64,000 bases of DNA from positions 15,483 through 79,482 of the forward strand of contig JBBDIZ010000029.1 of NCBI GenBank assembly GCA_040880145.1, read 5' to 3'. Both the position numbers and the translations under genes were made by a program. The stretch comes from Simkaniaceae bacterium. Lineage in GTDB: Bacteria; Chlamydiota; Chlamydiia; Chlamydiales; JAJFMI01. Position 1 is the stretch's first letter, and each line of letters begins with the position of its first letter. Under the pieces are notes generated by a model. That model did not search any database, had not been told where the DNA came from, and worked only from the letters and a program-made list of their open reading frames with translations. This document shows positions 28,151-36,944 of the stretch, in pieces.

Positions 28151-28413
28151 TTGACATCCTCCCAACTGCTAAAGCAAGTGGAATTCCCTATTCTTACGTT
28201 TAGGGTTCCTAATTCTCAGACCGTAGCTTTCGGTTCCATTAGGAACGGGAAGTCTTACACAGTCTCCAAAGGCTTAACATCCCACGAGCCCCGTGGTAGA
28301 CCTAAAAAGGTGAATGTAGTTTAACAGATTATGGAAAAAACAAAAATACGAAACAAAAATTTAAGACGCTCTCATCCCACCCCTAAAGAGGTGGGTTTTC
28401 CCGCGGGCAGTCA
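28151..28413 (-). mobile_element. Non-autonomous IS200/IS605-derived element (left-end hairpin plus omegaRNA-like right end, no ORF)
   Basis: TTTAT|GACTGCCCGCGGGAAAACCCACCTCTTTAGGGGTGGGATGAGAGCG left end; right end GGAATTCCACTTGCTTTAGCAGTTGGGAGGATGTCAA. Confidence 0.75.
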
Positions 28414-28543
28414 TAAAAAACCATTTCCAATTTAATTCCATAGAAAAACCTAAGTGCCTAATATTTAGAATGATAATATTTATTCCTCGATCAGAATTTA
28501 TCATTAATATTTAAATTCGTTTTGGAGTATAATACTTGAAGCG

Positions 28544-29416
28544 ATGGAAAAAAAAACCCTTTTTTATATCCTATTGGCTTTTTTAGGCTCTTCTTTTGTG
28601 GGGCTGGCTCCTCTATTTGTTCGCTGCAGCGGAATTGGGCCTGTAGGTGCGGGTTTTTACAGGATTTGTCTCTCGTTGCCTTTTCTCTTTCTTTGGATGA
28701 AAAGAGGAAAGAGAGTCGAGCTTTTAGGGAGGGATTGGGTCAAATTGGCTCTCTATGGGGGGCTTTTTGCGCTAGATCTATCTCTTTGGAATCTCTCCTT
28801 AAGCTATACATCGGTTGCAAACGCTTCGCTTTTTAATAATTTTGCTGCCTTTGTGGTGCCTCTTTTACTTTTTATTTTTTATAAAGAGCTTCCAACAAGT
28901 CGTTATTTGCAAGGGGGAGTTTTAGCCTTATTGGGCTCTTTTTTGCTTATGAAAGGCTCTTTAAATTTTTCTATCTCCTCTTTGTTTGGCGACTCTTTAG
29001 CCCTTTTATCCGCGGTTGCTTATGGGGGCTATCTGATTATCATTAAAGAGCTTCGCAGCAAGCTCTCTTCAGGGCATATTCTTTTTTTTGGGGGGATTTT
29101 TGCTCTTGCTGCTCTTTTTACAATCGCCATCGTAAAAGGAGAGAGCTTGAGGATTGCTACGACTCGAGAGTTTTTTCTTCTTTTTGCTTTTGCTCTATTT
29201 GCTCAGCTCTTGGGTCAAGGGTTGATCGCCTATTCTATGGGAAGGCTCTCTTCAAAGGTTGTAGGGCTTGTTCTTTTGACTCAGCCAATAGTATCTACTC
29301 TGCTAGCTTATTTTCTTTTAGGAGAGAGCGTGGCTCTTTCGGCTCTTTTTGGAGGGGCTCTTATTTTGACGAGTCTTTTTTGGGCTCAGGAGAGGAAAGG
29401 TCTTGATACTGCTTGA
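28544..29416 (+). CDS. DMT/EamA-family transporter
   Basis: 10 TM helices in two repeats; FYR, SLSYTSVANASL, GD.LAL, LTQPI, LLGE. Confidence 0.88.
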   Translation: MEKKTLFYILLAFLGSSFVGLAPLFVRCSGIGPVGAGFYRICLSLPFLFLWMKRGKRVELLGRDWVKLALYGGLFALDLSLWNLSLSYTSVANASLFNNFAAFVVPLLLFIFYKELPTSRYLQGGVLALLGSFLLMKGSLNFSISSLFGDSLALLSAVAYGGYLIIIKELRSKLSSGHILFFGGIFALAALFTIAIVKGESLRIATTREFFLLFAFALFAQLLGQGLIAYSMGRLSSKVVGLVLLTQPIVSTLLAYFLLGESVALSALFGGALILTSLFWAQERKGLDTA

Positions 29417-30608
29417 GTTTGTTGCGTAGTGTTCGGACATGGATCCCTAAAGATTTAGCGGTCTTAGTACGATTATAATGATGATAGGTGAGTGTTTTTT
29501 CGATATACCACCTCTCAAGTTCGTAAAGCGTCAGAGAGCTCTTGAATAAAGAGGGAAAGGAGAGGGTCCTCTTGATTGGAAGGTGCTCGGGCAGGATCAA
29601 ATGACTTTTATCGAGAACAACGACATGTTCAATGAGATTTGACAGCTCTCGAATATTTCCGGGGAAGTCATATTCTAAAAGTTTATCTATCGCGCCGCAA
29701 GAGAGTTCTTTTTCATCTTTTTGATTTTTTAAGCAGGCTTTTTTTAAAAAGGCCTTCGCAAGAGGAATGATATCTTCTTTGCGCTCACGTAAGGGGGGAA
29801 GCTCTAAGGGGACAACATTTAGCCTATAGTAAAGATCTTCTCGGAACTCGCCGCCTGTGATCATCTTCTCTAAATTTCGATTCGATGTCGAGATCAGGCG
29901 GACATCGACTTTTTTTGTTTGGGTATTCCCAAGTCTTTCAAATTCACCCTCTTGAGCGGCCCTTAAAAGTTTTGCCTGAAGAGAGAGGGGGATTTCTGAA
30001 ATCTCATCAAGGAGCAGGGTTCCTTTATCCGCAAGCTCAAATCGGCCCAATCTTCTCGAAATTGCTCCTGTAAAGGCGCCTTTTTCATGGCCAAAAAATT
30101 CCGCTTCAATCAAACTTTCAGGAATCGCAGCGCAGTTAACCTTTAAGTAGGGAGCTTTTTTGCGAGGAGAATTCTTATGAATGTAAGATGCAATCACTTC
30201 TTTACCGGTTCCTGACTCGCCGGTGATAAACACATTGGCATGGCTGTTTGCAATTTTTTTCGCATCTTGTAAAAAATTTTGCATCACTTTGCTTGTAGCG
30301 ATAAGATCTGTTTGATGAGACTTTAATTCATCAATGGCATTGATAAGAGAGGTGTCCATTGTTTTTGCGAAGAGATCTAAAAGCAAAAGAAGAGCATGAG
30401 GCGCTTTTTGCTCAAAGGAGTGCATCGATCCATCATAATGGGTTTTGTCGACTAAAATAAGGTCGACTTCATCTTTTTCAAGATATTTAAGGGCATCTGA
30501 AGTATCACTTAAGATGTGAACATCGATTTTTTGCTCTTTAAGGTGGGCAAGAAGAAGATGGGACCTCCTGTCAGGAGAGCTAATAATTAAGGCTTTAGGT
30601 GCAGACAT
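29361..30608 (-). CDS. atoC: Sigma-54-dependent activator (AtoC/CtcC, NtrC family) with degenerate receiver domain
   Basis: GESGTGKE, GHEKGAFTGA, LLLDEI, FREDLYYRL, FPGNIREL, C-terminal Fis-type HTH. Confidence 0.88.
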   Translation of the reverse strand: MSAPKALIISSPDRRSHLLLAHLKEQKIDVHILSDTSDALKYLEKDEVDLILVDKTHYDGSMHSFEQKAPHALLLLLDLFAKTMDTSLINAIDELKSHQTDLIATSKVMQNFLQDAKKIANSHANVFITGESGTGKEVIASYIHKNSPRKKAPYLKVNCAAIPESLIEAEFFGHEKGAFTGAISRRLGRFELADKGTLLLDEISEIPLSLQAKLLRAAQEGEFERLGNTQTKKVDVRLISTSNRNLEKMITGGEFREDLYYRLNVVPLELPPLRERKEDIIPLAKAFLKKACLKNQKDEKELSCGAIDKLLEYDFPGNIRELSNLIEHVVVLDKSHLILPEHLPIKRTLSFPSLFKSSLTLYELERWYIEKTLTYHHYNRTKTAKSLGIHVRTLRNKLKQYQDLSSPEPKKDSSK

Positions 30609-30647
30609 CGTTATTATTTTATTTTTATTTCTAATTAAAGGAATATA

Positions 30648-31466
30648 ATGAAACACCATTTTTTGCAATTAAACTATTTTATTATCTTTGGGTTATTTTT
30701 AATTAGTTGCCAAGGGTGGGAGCGCACTGAAAAAGATCGCATCAAGAAGGTCAATGAGGTTTCAAGTCGAGTTTATCGCTATCATTTTGAGCGATATGCT
30801 GAGGAAACTCCTTTACTGCATCGAATACGTGAACGCTATCCATTTGAAGAAAAGATGATTGGGCTCATCCCGAAAATTACCAAAGAACATTTTCGTTGCA
30901 GGGGAAGTAGCCATAACCCGATACAAATCAAAAAAAATCAACAGGGAAACGCGTATTCTCTAGTTGACTGCGGTGGCATTGAGCAGCATAGCCTTCCTGT
31001 CGAGGAAAATAGCGAAAAGATTTACCCAATCTTGATCGATCTTTTAAATAATGTTCAAAAAGAGACGAATCGACGCGTCATTGTGACTTGTGGACATCGC
31101 TGCCCGATTCATAATGCCTATAGTGATCAACGAGGAAAAAATTTGAAGTCAAAGCATTTAATTGGTGCTGAAGTAGACTTCTACGTTCAAGGATATGAGG
31201 AATCTCCAAGGGAGATTATTGATATTCTTCTTGAATATGATAAGGATCAAGAATACGGCTTGTTTTATTATGCTTTAATTGATGGAGTTGCCACTTGGCA
31301 AAATAAGGAAGTGAGATTTTCTCTTTTTCAGAAAAATCAAGGCCGTGATTTTGATAATCGACATCCCTACTCTTATATTACCATTGAGCTTCTCTACGAC
31401 CGAAGTGAAAACAAGCGTGTCTATTACACATGGCATCGTTCATTTAATGGATACTTGAGATGGTAG
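30648..31466 (+). CDS. Lipoprotein with peptidase M15-like (D-Ala-D-Ala carboxypeptidase fold) domain
   Basis: Lipobox LISC; TCGHRC..HN and SKHLIGAEVDF zinc motif. Confidence 0.75.
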   Translation: MKHHFLQLNYFIIFGLFLISCQGWERTEKDRIKKVNEVSSRVYRYHFERYAEETPLLHRIRERYPFEEKMIGLIPKITKEHFRCRGSSHNPIQIKKNQQGNAYSLVDCGGIEQHSLPVEENSEKIYPILIDLLNNVQKETNRRVIVTCGHRCPIHNAYSDQRGKNLKSKHLIGAEVDFYVQGYEESPREIIDILLEYDKDQEYGLFYYALIDGVATWQNKEVRFSLFQKNQGRDFDNRHPYSYITIELLYDRSENKRVYYTWHRSFNGYLRW

Positions 31467-32094
31467 GAATATGGGTGTAGGGAAAGTTAATAGAAGCTTT
31501 GAGTTGAGGGTGATTGGGATCGCAGATCAGGATGGGTTTTATTTTTGCCAAATGAAGAGCGTTTAGGCCTTTTAGGGTATCTTCAAATCCAATGGTTTTG
31601 TTCGCTTCTATAGAAAAGGCTTCAAGCGCCTTTAGATAGCCATCGGGATGAGGTTTAGGAGATTCATAATCCTCACGGGTAAACCAATAAGGAATTTTCT
31701 GAAGAGTGGGATTTTTTTTTACAATTTTGTCGATGGAGGATTTTAAAGAGTTTGTCACAACTCCAAATTTTTTTTTGTGATTTAAAAGTTCATTCAAAAA
31801 ATCTTCAATCCCAGGCATTAAAGGAACAGAGACCTTTTGAAGAAGCGTCTCGTAGTGGCTGTTTTTTCTTTTTCGAATGCCTTCCCAATCTCTATTGAGA
31901 AGAGGGAATTCACGATATAGAGCTTCGCGGTGTTGATCTCGATGAGCATAATTGCAGTAAAGATTGAAGTCCCAGCTTAGAGAATAACCCATTTTTTGAA
32001 GCGTGGACTTATAGGCTTCAAAATGGAGAGGTTCCGTGTTGACGAGCAGACCATCGAAGTCAAAAAGAAAGAGGTCATAATTTTGAAAAATCAT
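31444..32094 (-). CDS. HAD-family phosphatase
   Basis: FDFDGLLVNTE, VVTNS, KPHPDGY, FEDT.KG. Confidence 0.9.
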   Translation of the reverse strand: MIFQNYDLFLFDFDGLLVNTEPLHFEAYKSTLQKMGYSLSWDFNLYCNYAHRDQHREALYREFPLLNRDWEGIRKRKNSHYETLLQKVSVPLMPGIEDFLNELLNHKKKFGVVTNSLKSSIDKIVKKNPTLQKIPYWFTREDYESPKPHPDGYLKALEAFSIEANKTIGFEDTLKGLNALHLAKIKPILICDPNHPQLKASINFPYTHIPTISSIH

Positions 32095-32095
32095 A

Positions 32096-32179
32096 TACCG
32101 ATGACTGGACTCGAACCAGCACCTGATTGCTCAGAGTAGATTTTGAGTCTACCGCGTCTACCAATTCCACCACATCGGC
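32096..32179 (-). tRNA. tRNA-Leu(CAA)
   Basis: GCCGATG/CATCGGT acceptor, gtaga-ct-CAA-aa-tctac, long variable arm, GTTCGAGTC. Confidence 0.95.
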
Positions 32180-32215
32180 AAAAGATAGCAATTTTACATA
32201 GAACCCCATTTGAAA

Positions 32216-32965
32216 TCAAGAGGAGTAGATCACTTTTTTGAGAAAAAGCCCCTGAGGAGAGGCGCTTTTCCCAGCGAGCTTCCGATCTTTACCGGTAAAA
32301 ATGAGATCGAGGTTTTCAATCGATATTTTCCCTTTTGCGATATCAAGAAGCGTTCCGACAATATTGCGCACCATTTTGTACAGGAATCCATTTCCCTCAA
32401 TCTCGATCATAAGCCCATCCGTATCTTCGATGATATCGAGTCTATAAATCGTTCGAATTGCATTTTTTCGTGGGTGTTTGATCGTCGATTCATTTGTAAA
32501 AGAGGTAAAGTCATGAGTGCCAATAAAACGTTTAGAGGCTTGCATAAAGAGTTCTTTATCAAAGCGTCCTCGAACATGATAGCTTGTTAGGCGCAGGAAT
32601 GGGGGGCGAACGGGACTTGTAAAGAGGTGATAGGTGTAAATTTTTCTTTTTGCTGAAAAGCGAGCGTGAAAATCATCTGAAACGAGTTCTAAAGTGTGGA
32701 TGCGGATACATTTTGGAAGAATACCGTTTAAAGAGTATTGGACTTTTTTTTCCTCTAAAGGCTTTGGAGCATCAAAATGCGCAATTTGGGCATGAGCATG
32801 GACCCCTTGATCTGTTCGGCCCGATCCAATGACTTTTACATCCGATCCAAGACAGGTCTTTAAAGCAGCCTCTATTGAGGCCTGAATAGTAGGAGTATTT
32901 GGTTGGATTTGCCATCCTCCATAAGAGGTTCCGTCGTATGAAATGGTTAATTTATAGCGGGGCAT
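32216..32965 (-). CDS. truA: tRNA pseudouridine(38-40) synthase
   Basis: YDGT.Y.GWQ.Q, GRTDQGVHA, FHARF, G.HDF.SF, GFLYKMVRNIVG. Confidence 0.95.
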   Translation of the reverse strand: MPRYKLTISYDGTSYGGWQIQPNTPTIQASIEAALKTCLGSDVKVIGSGRTDQGVHAHAQIAHFDAPKPLEEKKVQYSLNGILPKCIRIHTLELVSDDFHARFSAKRKIYTYHLFTSPVRPPFLRLTSYHVRGRFDKELFMQASKRFIGTHDFTSFTNESTIKHPRKNAIRTIYRLDIIEDTDGLMIEIEGNGFLYKMVRNIVGTLLDIAKGKISIENLDLIFTGKDRKLAGKSASPQGLFLKKVIYSS

Positions 32966-33624
32966 AATAAAAATTCAACCAGGTGAAGATCTTGAGGGGT
33001 TGTGATTTTAATATTGATGTTAAGGCTAAGTGTCAGTTTGACATTCCGGCCTAGAAGTTCGACTAAAGAAAGATCATCAGTAACGGTAAGGTTTTGCTCT
33101 TTTGCTTTTGAAAAGCCCTTTAATAGAAGATCTTTTGAAATCAGTTGGGGGGTATAAATTTCAAAAAGGTGATCTCGATCGAGGGTTTTGGTGACAATAC
33201 CAAGAGCATCCCCTTTTTTGATTGTATTTTTCGAACGAGATGCGAGGGCCGCTGCTCGATATTTAAAGGCATCCCTCCTTAGATTTTCTAAGTCATCGAG
33301 GTGAATAAAAGGGCGCGCTGCATCGTGAATCAGAACAAAATCACTACTTATGTTTTGAATTCCATTGTAGACAGAATCTTGCCGCCTTTCACCGGGAGGA
33401 GCAAAACGGGCGCCTTCAAAGTGAAAGTGATATTTTTCTTTTGAGACAACGACAATATCATCAATCCAAGGGATGCCCTTGAAAAAGTCAAAAGAGTGCT
33501 TAGCAACAAGCTTCGGGCCAAGAGGATGAAACACTTTTGGAGTCGAAGACTTAAATCGTGTTCCGTTTCCTCCAGCAAGAAGAAGGGCAGTGATAGTTGG
33601 GTTGATGGCAGTCATAACTGCCAT
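32947..33624 (-). CDS. ispD: 2-C-methyl-D-erythritol 4-phosphate cytidylyltransferase
   Basis: LLAGGNGTR, GERRQDSV, IHDAARP, TPQ, TDD, NIKITTPQDL. Confidence 0.92.
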   Translation of the reverse strand: MAVMTAINPTITALLLAGGNGTRFKSSTPKVFHPLGPKLVAKHSFDFFKGIPWIDDIVVVSKEKYHFHFEGARFAPPGERRQDSVYNGIQNISSDFVLIHDAARPFIHLDDLENLRRDAFKYRAAALASRSKNTIKKGDALGIVTKTLDRDHLFEIYTPQLISKDLLLKGFSKAKEQNLTVTDDLSLVELLGRNVKLTLSLNINIKITTPQDLHLVEFLLCPAIN

Positions 33625-33647
33625 CGATTATAAAGAATAGAGCTCTT

Positions 33648-33908
33648 TTATGAAAGGTGGTTATTAATGAGTTTTGTCATTTCAAACATATTAACTGTTT
33701 TTTTACCGCCAAAAACTTTTTTTAGTTTTTCGTCTGCAATGATGTTACGACGGTTCTCCGGATCTTGACGGTCATGCTTTTTAATATAAGCCCAAATCTT
33801 CTTTGTCACTTCAGTTCTCGGCATAGGTCCTTTACCAACAACAGCTGACAGATCATCGCTGAGCTTCATAGGCTGCATAAATTTGGAATTCGTTTTCTTA
33901 GTCGCCAT
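33648..33908 (-). CDS. SWIB/MDM2-domain protein
   Basis: L..VVG.GPMPRTEVTKKIWAYIK...QDPENRRNI.AD.KL..VF; AGGAG RBS before MATKK. Confidence 0.92.
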   Translation of the reverse strand: MATKKTNSKFMQPMKLSDDLSAVVGKGPMPRTEVTKKIWAYIKKHDRQDPENRRNIIADEKLKKVFGGKKTVNMFEMTKLINNHLS

Positions 33909-33992
33909 ATTTTTTCTCCTTAGTTGATGACTAACCTTAGGTTTTTGTAGTCCCAAGGGAATTATAAGTCAAAGCAAAATGCAATGTTCCCC

Positions 33993-34022
33993 ATTATACG
34001 TAAGTTGGCAGCAAAATGTCTA
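33993..34022 (-). promoter_or_regulatory. Putative sigma66 promoter of the SWIB gene
   Basis: TAGACA-18 bp-TATAAT on the minus strand. Confidence 0.5.
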
Positions 34023-34272
34023 GTGCTCTACTGGATTGATTTTCAGGGGAATGCAAAAAAGTTAAGAATTGACGAAAAACACGTTAATAAATTATCAGTT
34101 TTTTAATTAAATTGGAGTGAATATGATCAAAGAGAGATATGGGTTTAGCGGGCAAATAATAGCTGATAATTAACAATTTATAGAAGAAATTGAATCATTT
34201 TTTTCCTGTGTTAAACAAGGGGAGGTTGGGAGGCTTTATCTCACATCAAAGTTTTCTGAAAATCTTGGATTT

Positions 34273-34324
34273 TTTATGACTGCCCGCGAAAAAACCCATG
34301 GTTTTAATCGTGGGCAGTCATAAA
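34273..34324. mobile_element. IS200/IS605 left-end remnant arranged as a palindrome
   Basis: TTTATGACTGCCCGCG-AAAAAACCCATGGTTTTAAT-CGTGGGCAGTCATAAA; same terminus as the 28.4-kb element. Confidence 0.7.
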
Positions 34325-34358
34325 TCTGTAGAAATTAAGTTGTATTTTAGGGCCTCAC

Positions 34359-36479
34359 ATGGCAACGTTATTTTCCATGAGCAAGCAATTAGCCCCTCTA
34401 AAAAAGCGATCTTTTTCGCGATTCGATACTGAAAAGCTAAAAAGCGCAATCTCAGCGTTAAAACAGAAAGAGAGCCTCGAAGAAAAGGAACAATTTTTTG
34501 ATCCTCTTTTTTCAGAGTTTTTTCACGATCACCTGGCTCTGGCCTTTTGTATAAACCACCTGCCGATAAAAGCGCGGCTTTTGCTCAAATCCTTACTCTT
34601 GATCGATCAAAAGCATCTTCTTTCTACAAGTTCTTATGAAGGAGACATTGAAGAAGCACTTATAAAGCTCGTTAAGCAGCTGGAGCCGATCGAAAAATTT
34701 TATGAAGACCAGGGGGGGGTGATCGGTTACCAAGTCAAAGTTTATGAAATGATACGGGACCGGAGTTCCTTTGAGGAAAAAGCTCATTATCATCCGCCTC
34801 CTTTTCAGGATATCTCTTTCTTAAATCCAAAAACAGAGGAGTTGATCAATGAAGGGCTTTTGCACATGCCGGAGCTTGCTGAAATTTATCCTGTTGGAGG
34901 TGCAGCAGATCGATTAGGACTCGTTGAGAAGGACTCTGGAGAAAACTTGCCTGCAGCCAGACTTGATTTTCTCGAATCTAATCTCTTAGAAAGGTTGATA
35001 CGCGACTTAGTGGCGCGTGAATATCTTTATTATAAAAAATTTGGCAAGCAATTAATGACGCCTGTTGTTCTGATGACCTCAAAAGTTAAAGACGGCGATC
35101 ATCATGTCCGAGAAATTTGTGAGAAAAATCATTGGTTTAATCGACCAAAAACAAGTTTCAAAATTTTTTGTCAGCCGCTTATCCCAACTTTTGATATCGA
35201 GGGGAAGTGGTGTTTAAAAGCCCCCTTTTCGCTTCTTTTAAAGCCCGGAGGCCATGGCGTTCTTTGGCGTTTAGCAGAACTTAAAGGCGTCTATCAATTT
35301 TTAAGCGATCAAGGACGAAAAAAGGCTTTAATCCGACAAATAAACAATCCCATTGCAGGGGTTGATTATGGACTTTTAGCCTTTACAGGGTATGGATTTA
35401 AGCATAATCGCGTTTTTGGGTTTGCCTCATGTCCAAGACGAGTTAGAGCCAATGAGGGAATGAATGTCACTTGCGAGAAAAAATTAGGGTCTGACTCAGA
35501 ATTTGCCCTAACAAATGTAGAATATTGTGAATTTTCCTATCATGGAATCGAGGACAAACCTTTAGAGCAAGGGGGAGAGTTTTCGAAATTTCCTTCCAAT
35601 ACCAATATTCTTTTTGCAGATTTAGAGGCTCTAAAAAAAGCGCAAAAAAAGAATCCTTTTCCGGGAAGTATTCTGAACTTTCGATCGGATCAGATTTTTG
35701 ATGGCCTGAAATATGTAGATGAAAAGGTTGCAAGAATTGAAACAACCATGCAAAACATTGCCGATAGCTTTGTTTCAAGAAGTAAAAAAAAGTCCGATCT
35801 TCTCTCTTATCTAACTTTTAATCAAAGACGAAAAACCATTTCAGTTACAAAGAGAAAAATGACAAAGAAAGATTTTTTTGAAACGCCTCAAAGCTGTCTT
35901 TATGATTTTTTACAAAATGGCTATGATCTACTTAAAGACCATTGTGGTTTTATCCTCCCGCCAAGACAAAGCCAGGAAGATTTTATCGAAAACGGCCCCG
36001 ATTTTCTCTTGAATTATCATCCGGCACTGGGTCCTCTCTACACCTCGATTGCAAAAAAAATAAGCAAGGGAGAGATTAAAAAAGGGAGTGAAATGGTTTT
36101 AGAAATAGCCGAACTATCCATGCAAAATTTTCAATTGGACGGAAGCTTTGTTGTTCTTTGCCGTTGCCCTCTTGGCCATCTCGATCAAGAGCAAAAGCTC
36201 CATTTTTCAGAGCGCGCCCCCCGATGCACTTTAAAAAATGTGACCGTTAAGAACAAGGGATATAGCAAGCTTGAACAAAAAACACTACTGGACTCTCCTC
36301 ATCCTCGAAAAGAGTCTTTAACCCTCATTCTCAATGAGAACAGCCATTTTATTGCAAGCGATCTTCACTTCACAGAACCTGCAATCATAGAGGTTCCCCC
36401 TAATACAATTGTAAGAGCCCTGAAAAAAAACGACAAACTTAATTTTCAAACTACGAAGCTATCCAAAGTCCTTGGTTGA
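34359..36479 (+). CDS. UTP--glucose-1-phosphate uridylyltransferase (plant UGP3-like, chlamydial)
   Basis: EIYPVGGAADRLGL, LIRDL.AREYLY, QPLIP, KPGGHG, RQINNP, NVEY, FPSNTNIL. Confidence 0.8.
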   Translation: MATLFSMSKQLAPLKKRSFSRFDTEKLKSAISALKQKESLEEKEQFFDPLFSEFFHDHLALAFCINHLPIKARLLLKSLLLIDQKHLLSTSSYEGDIEEALIKLVKQLEPIEKFYEDQGGVIGYQVKVYEMIRDRSSFEEKAHYHPPPFQDISFLNPKTEELINEGLLHMPELAEIYPVGGAADRLGLVEKDSGENLPAARLDFLESNLLERLIRDLVAREYLYYKKFGKQLMTPVVLMTSKVKDGDHHVREICEKNHWFNRPKTSFKIFCQPLIPTFDIEGKWCLKAPFSLLLKPGGHGVLWRLAELKGVYQFLSDQGRKKALIRQINNPIAGVDYGLLAFTGYGFKHNRVFGFASCPRRVRANEGMNVTCEKKLGSDSEFALTNVEYCEFSYHGIEDKPLEQGGEFSKFPSNTNILFADLEALKKAQKKNPFPGSILNFRSDQIFDGLKYVDEKVARIETTMQNIADSFVSRSKKKSDLLSYLTFNQRRKTISVTKRKMTKKDFFETPQSCLYDFLQNGYDLLKDHCGFILPPRQSQEDFIENGPDFLLNYHPALGPLYTSIAKKISKGEIKKGSEMVLEIAELSMQNFQLDGSFVVLCRCPLGHLDQEQKLHFSERAPRCTLKNVTVKNKGYSKLEQKTLLDSPHPRKESLTLILNENSHFIASDLHFTEPAIIEVPPNTIVRALKKNDKLNFQTTKLSKVLG

Positions 36480-36786
36480 GGTTGGATTTTTCTTTGTGCA
36501 TTATTGATGGCTTGTTATTTTTTTTATTATTATGAACAAGTAGAGCATTTTTCTTCACTGGTACATTTGCTTTTGAAAAACACATCTGCTTTATGGCTGC
36601 ATCTATAAGATATAGGATGGCAAAGAGAATAAGGAGAGCTAAAAAAAATAAAATGATTACGGTGGCAACAACGATGAGGACGGGCTGGGTTGATGCGGCA
36701 TCAAACATAGGCGTTAAAAGCTCGCCTGCGGCCGGGCCTGCTTTGCTAAATAGATCTGAAATAGAATTGTTTAAACCTTCGAACAT
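36451..36786 (-). CDS. Small hypothetical membrane protein
   Basis: GGGGGA RBS; one long (~30 aa) hydrophobic segment and a basic Asn-rich tail. Confidence 0.6.
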   Translation of the reverse strand: MFEGLNNSISDLFSKAGPAAGELLTPMFDAASTQPVLIVVATVIILFFLALLILFAILYLIDAAIKQMCFSKANVPVKKNALLVHNNKKNNKPSIMHKEKSNLNQGLWIAS

Positions 36787-36883
36787 TTGATCCCCCTAAT
36801 TTTTTTTGCACATTGTATAGTATTTTATTTTTATGTAAAGAAAAAGATTGTTTTGCGTAAAGAATTATAAAGGACTTGCAAGA

Positions 36884-36912
36884 TTGCATTTCCAGGCAGA
36901 GCAAGTTATACT
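36884..36912 (+). promoter_or_regulatory. Sigma66 promoter of prfB
   Basis: TTGCAT-17 bp-TATACT. Confidence 0.65.
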
Positions 36913-36944
36913 CGTGAATTCTAAATTATATAGGGAGCTGAAAA

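Noticed and set aside
28031..28324. 97-aa ORF as a transposase or TnpB remnant
   Set aside because: It is antisense to the omegaRNA-like scaffold and has no RuvC, zinc-finger or HUH motif; likely spurious
32094..32110. TATACCGATGAC resembling the TATACCGAAAC repeat
   Set aside because: Explained by the tRNA-Leu(CAA) acceptor stem and 3' end
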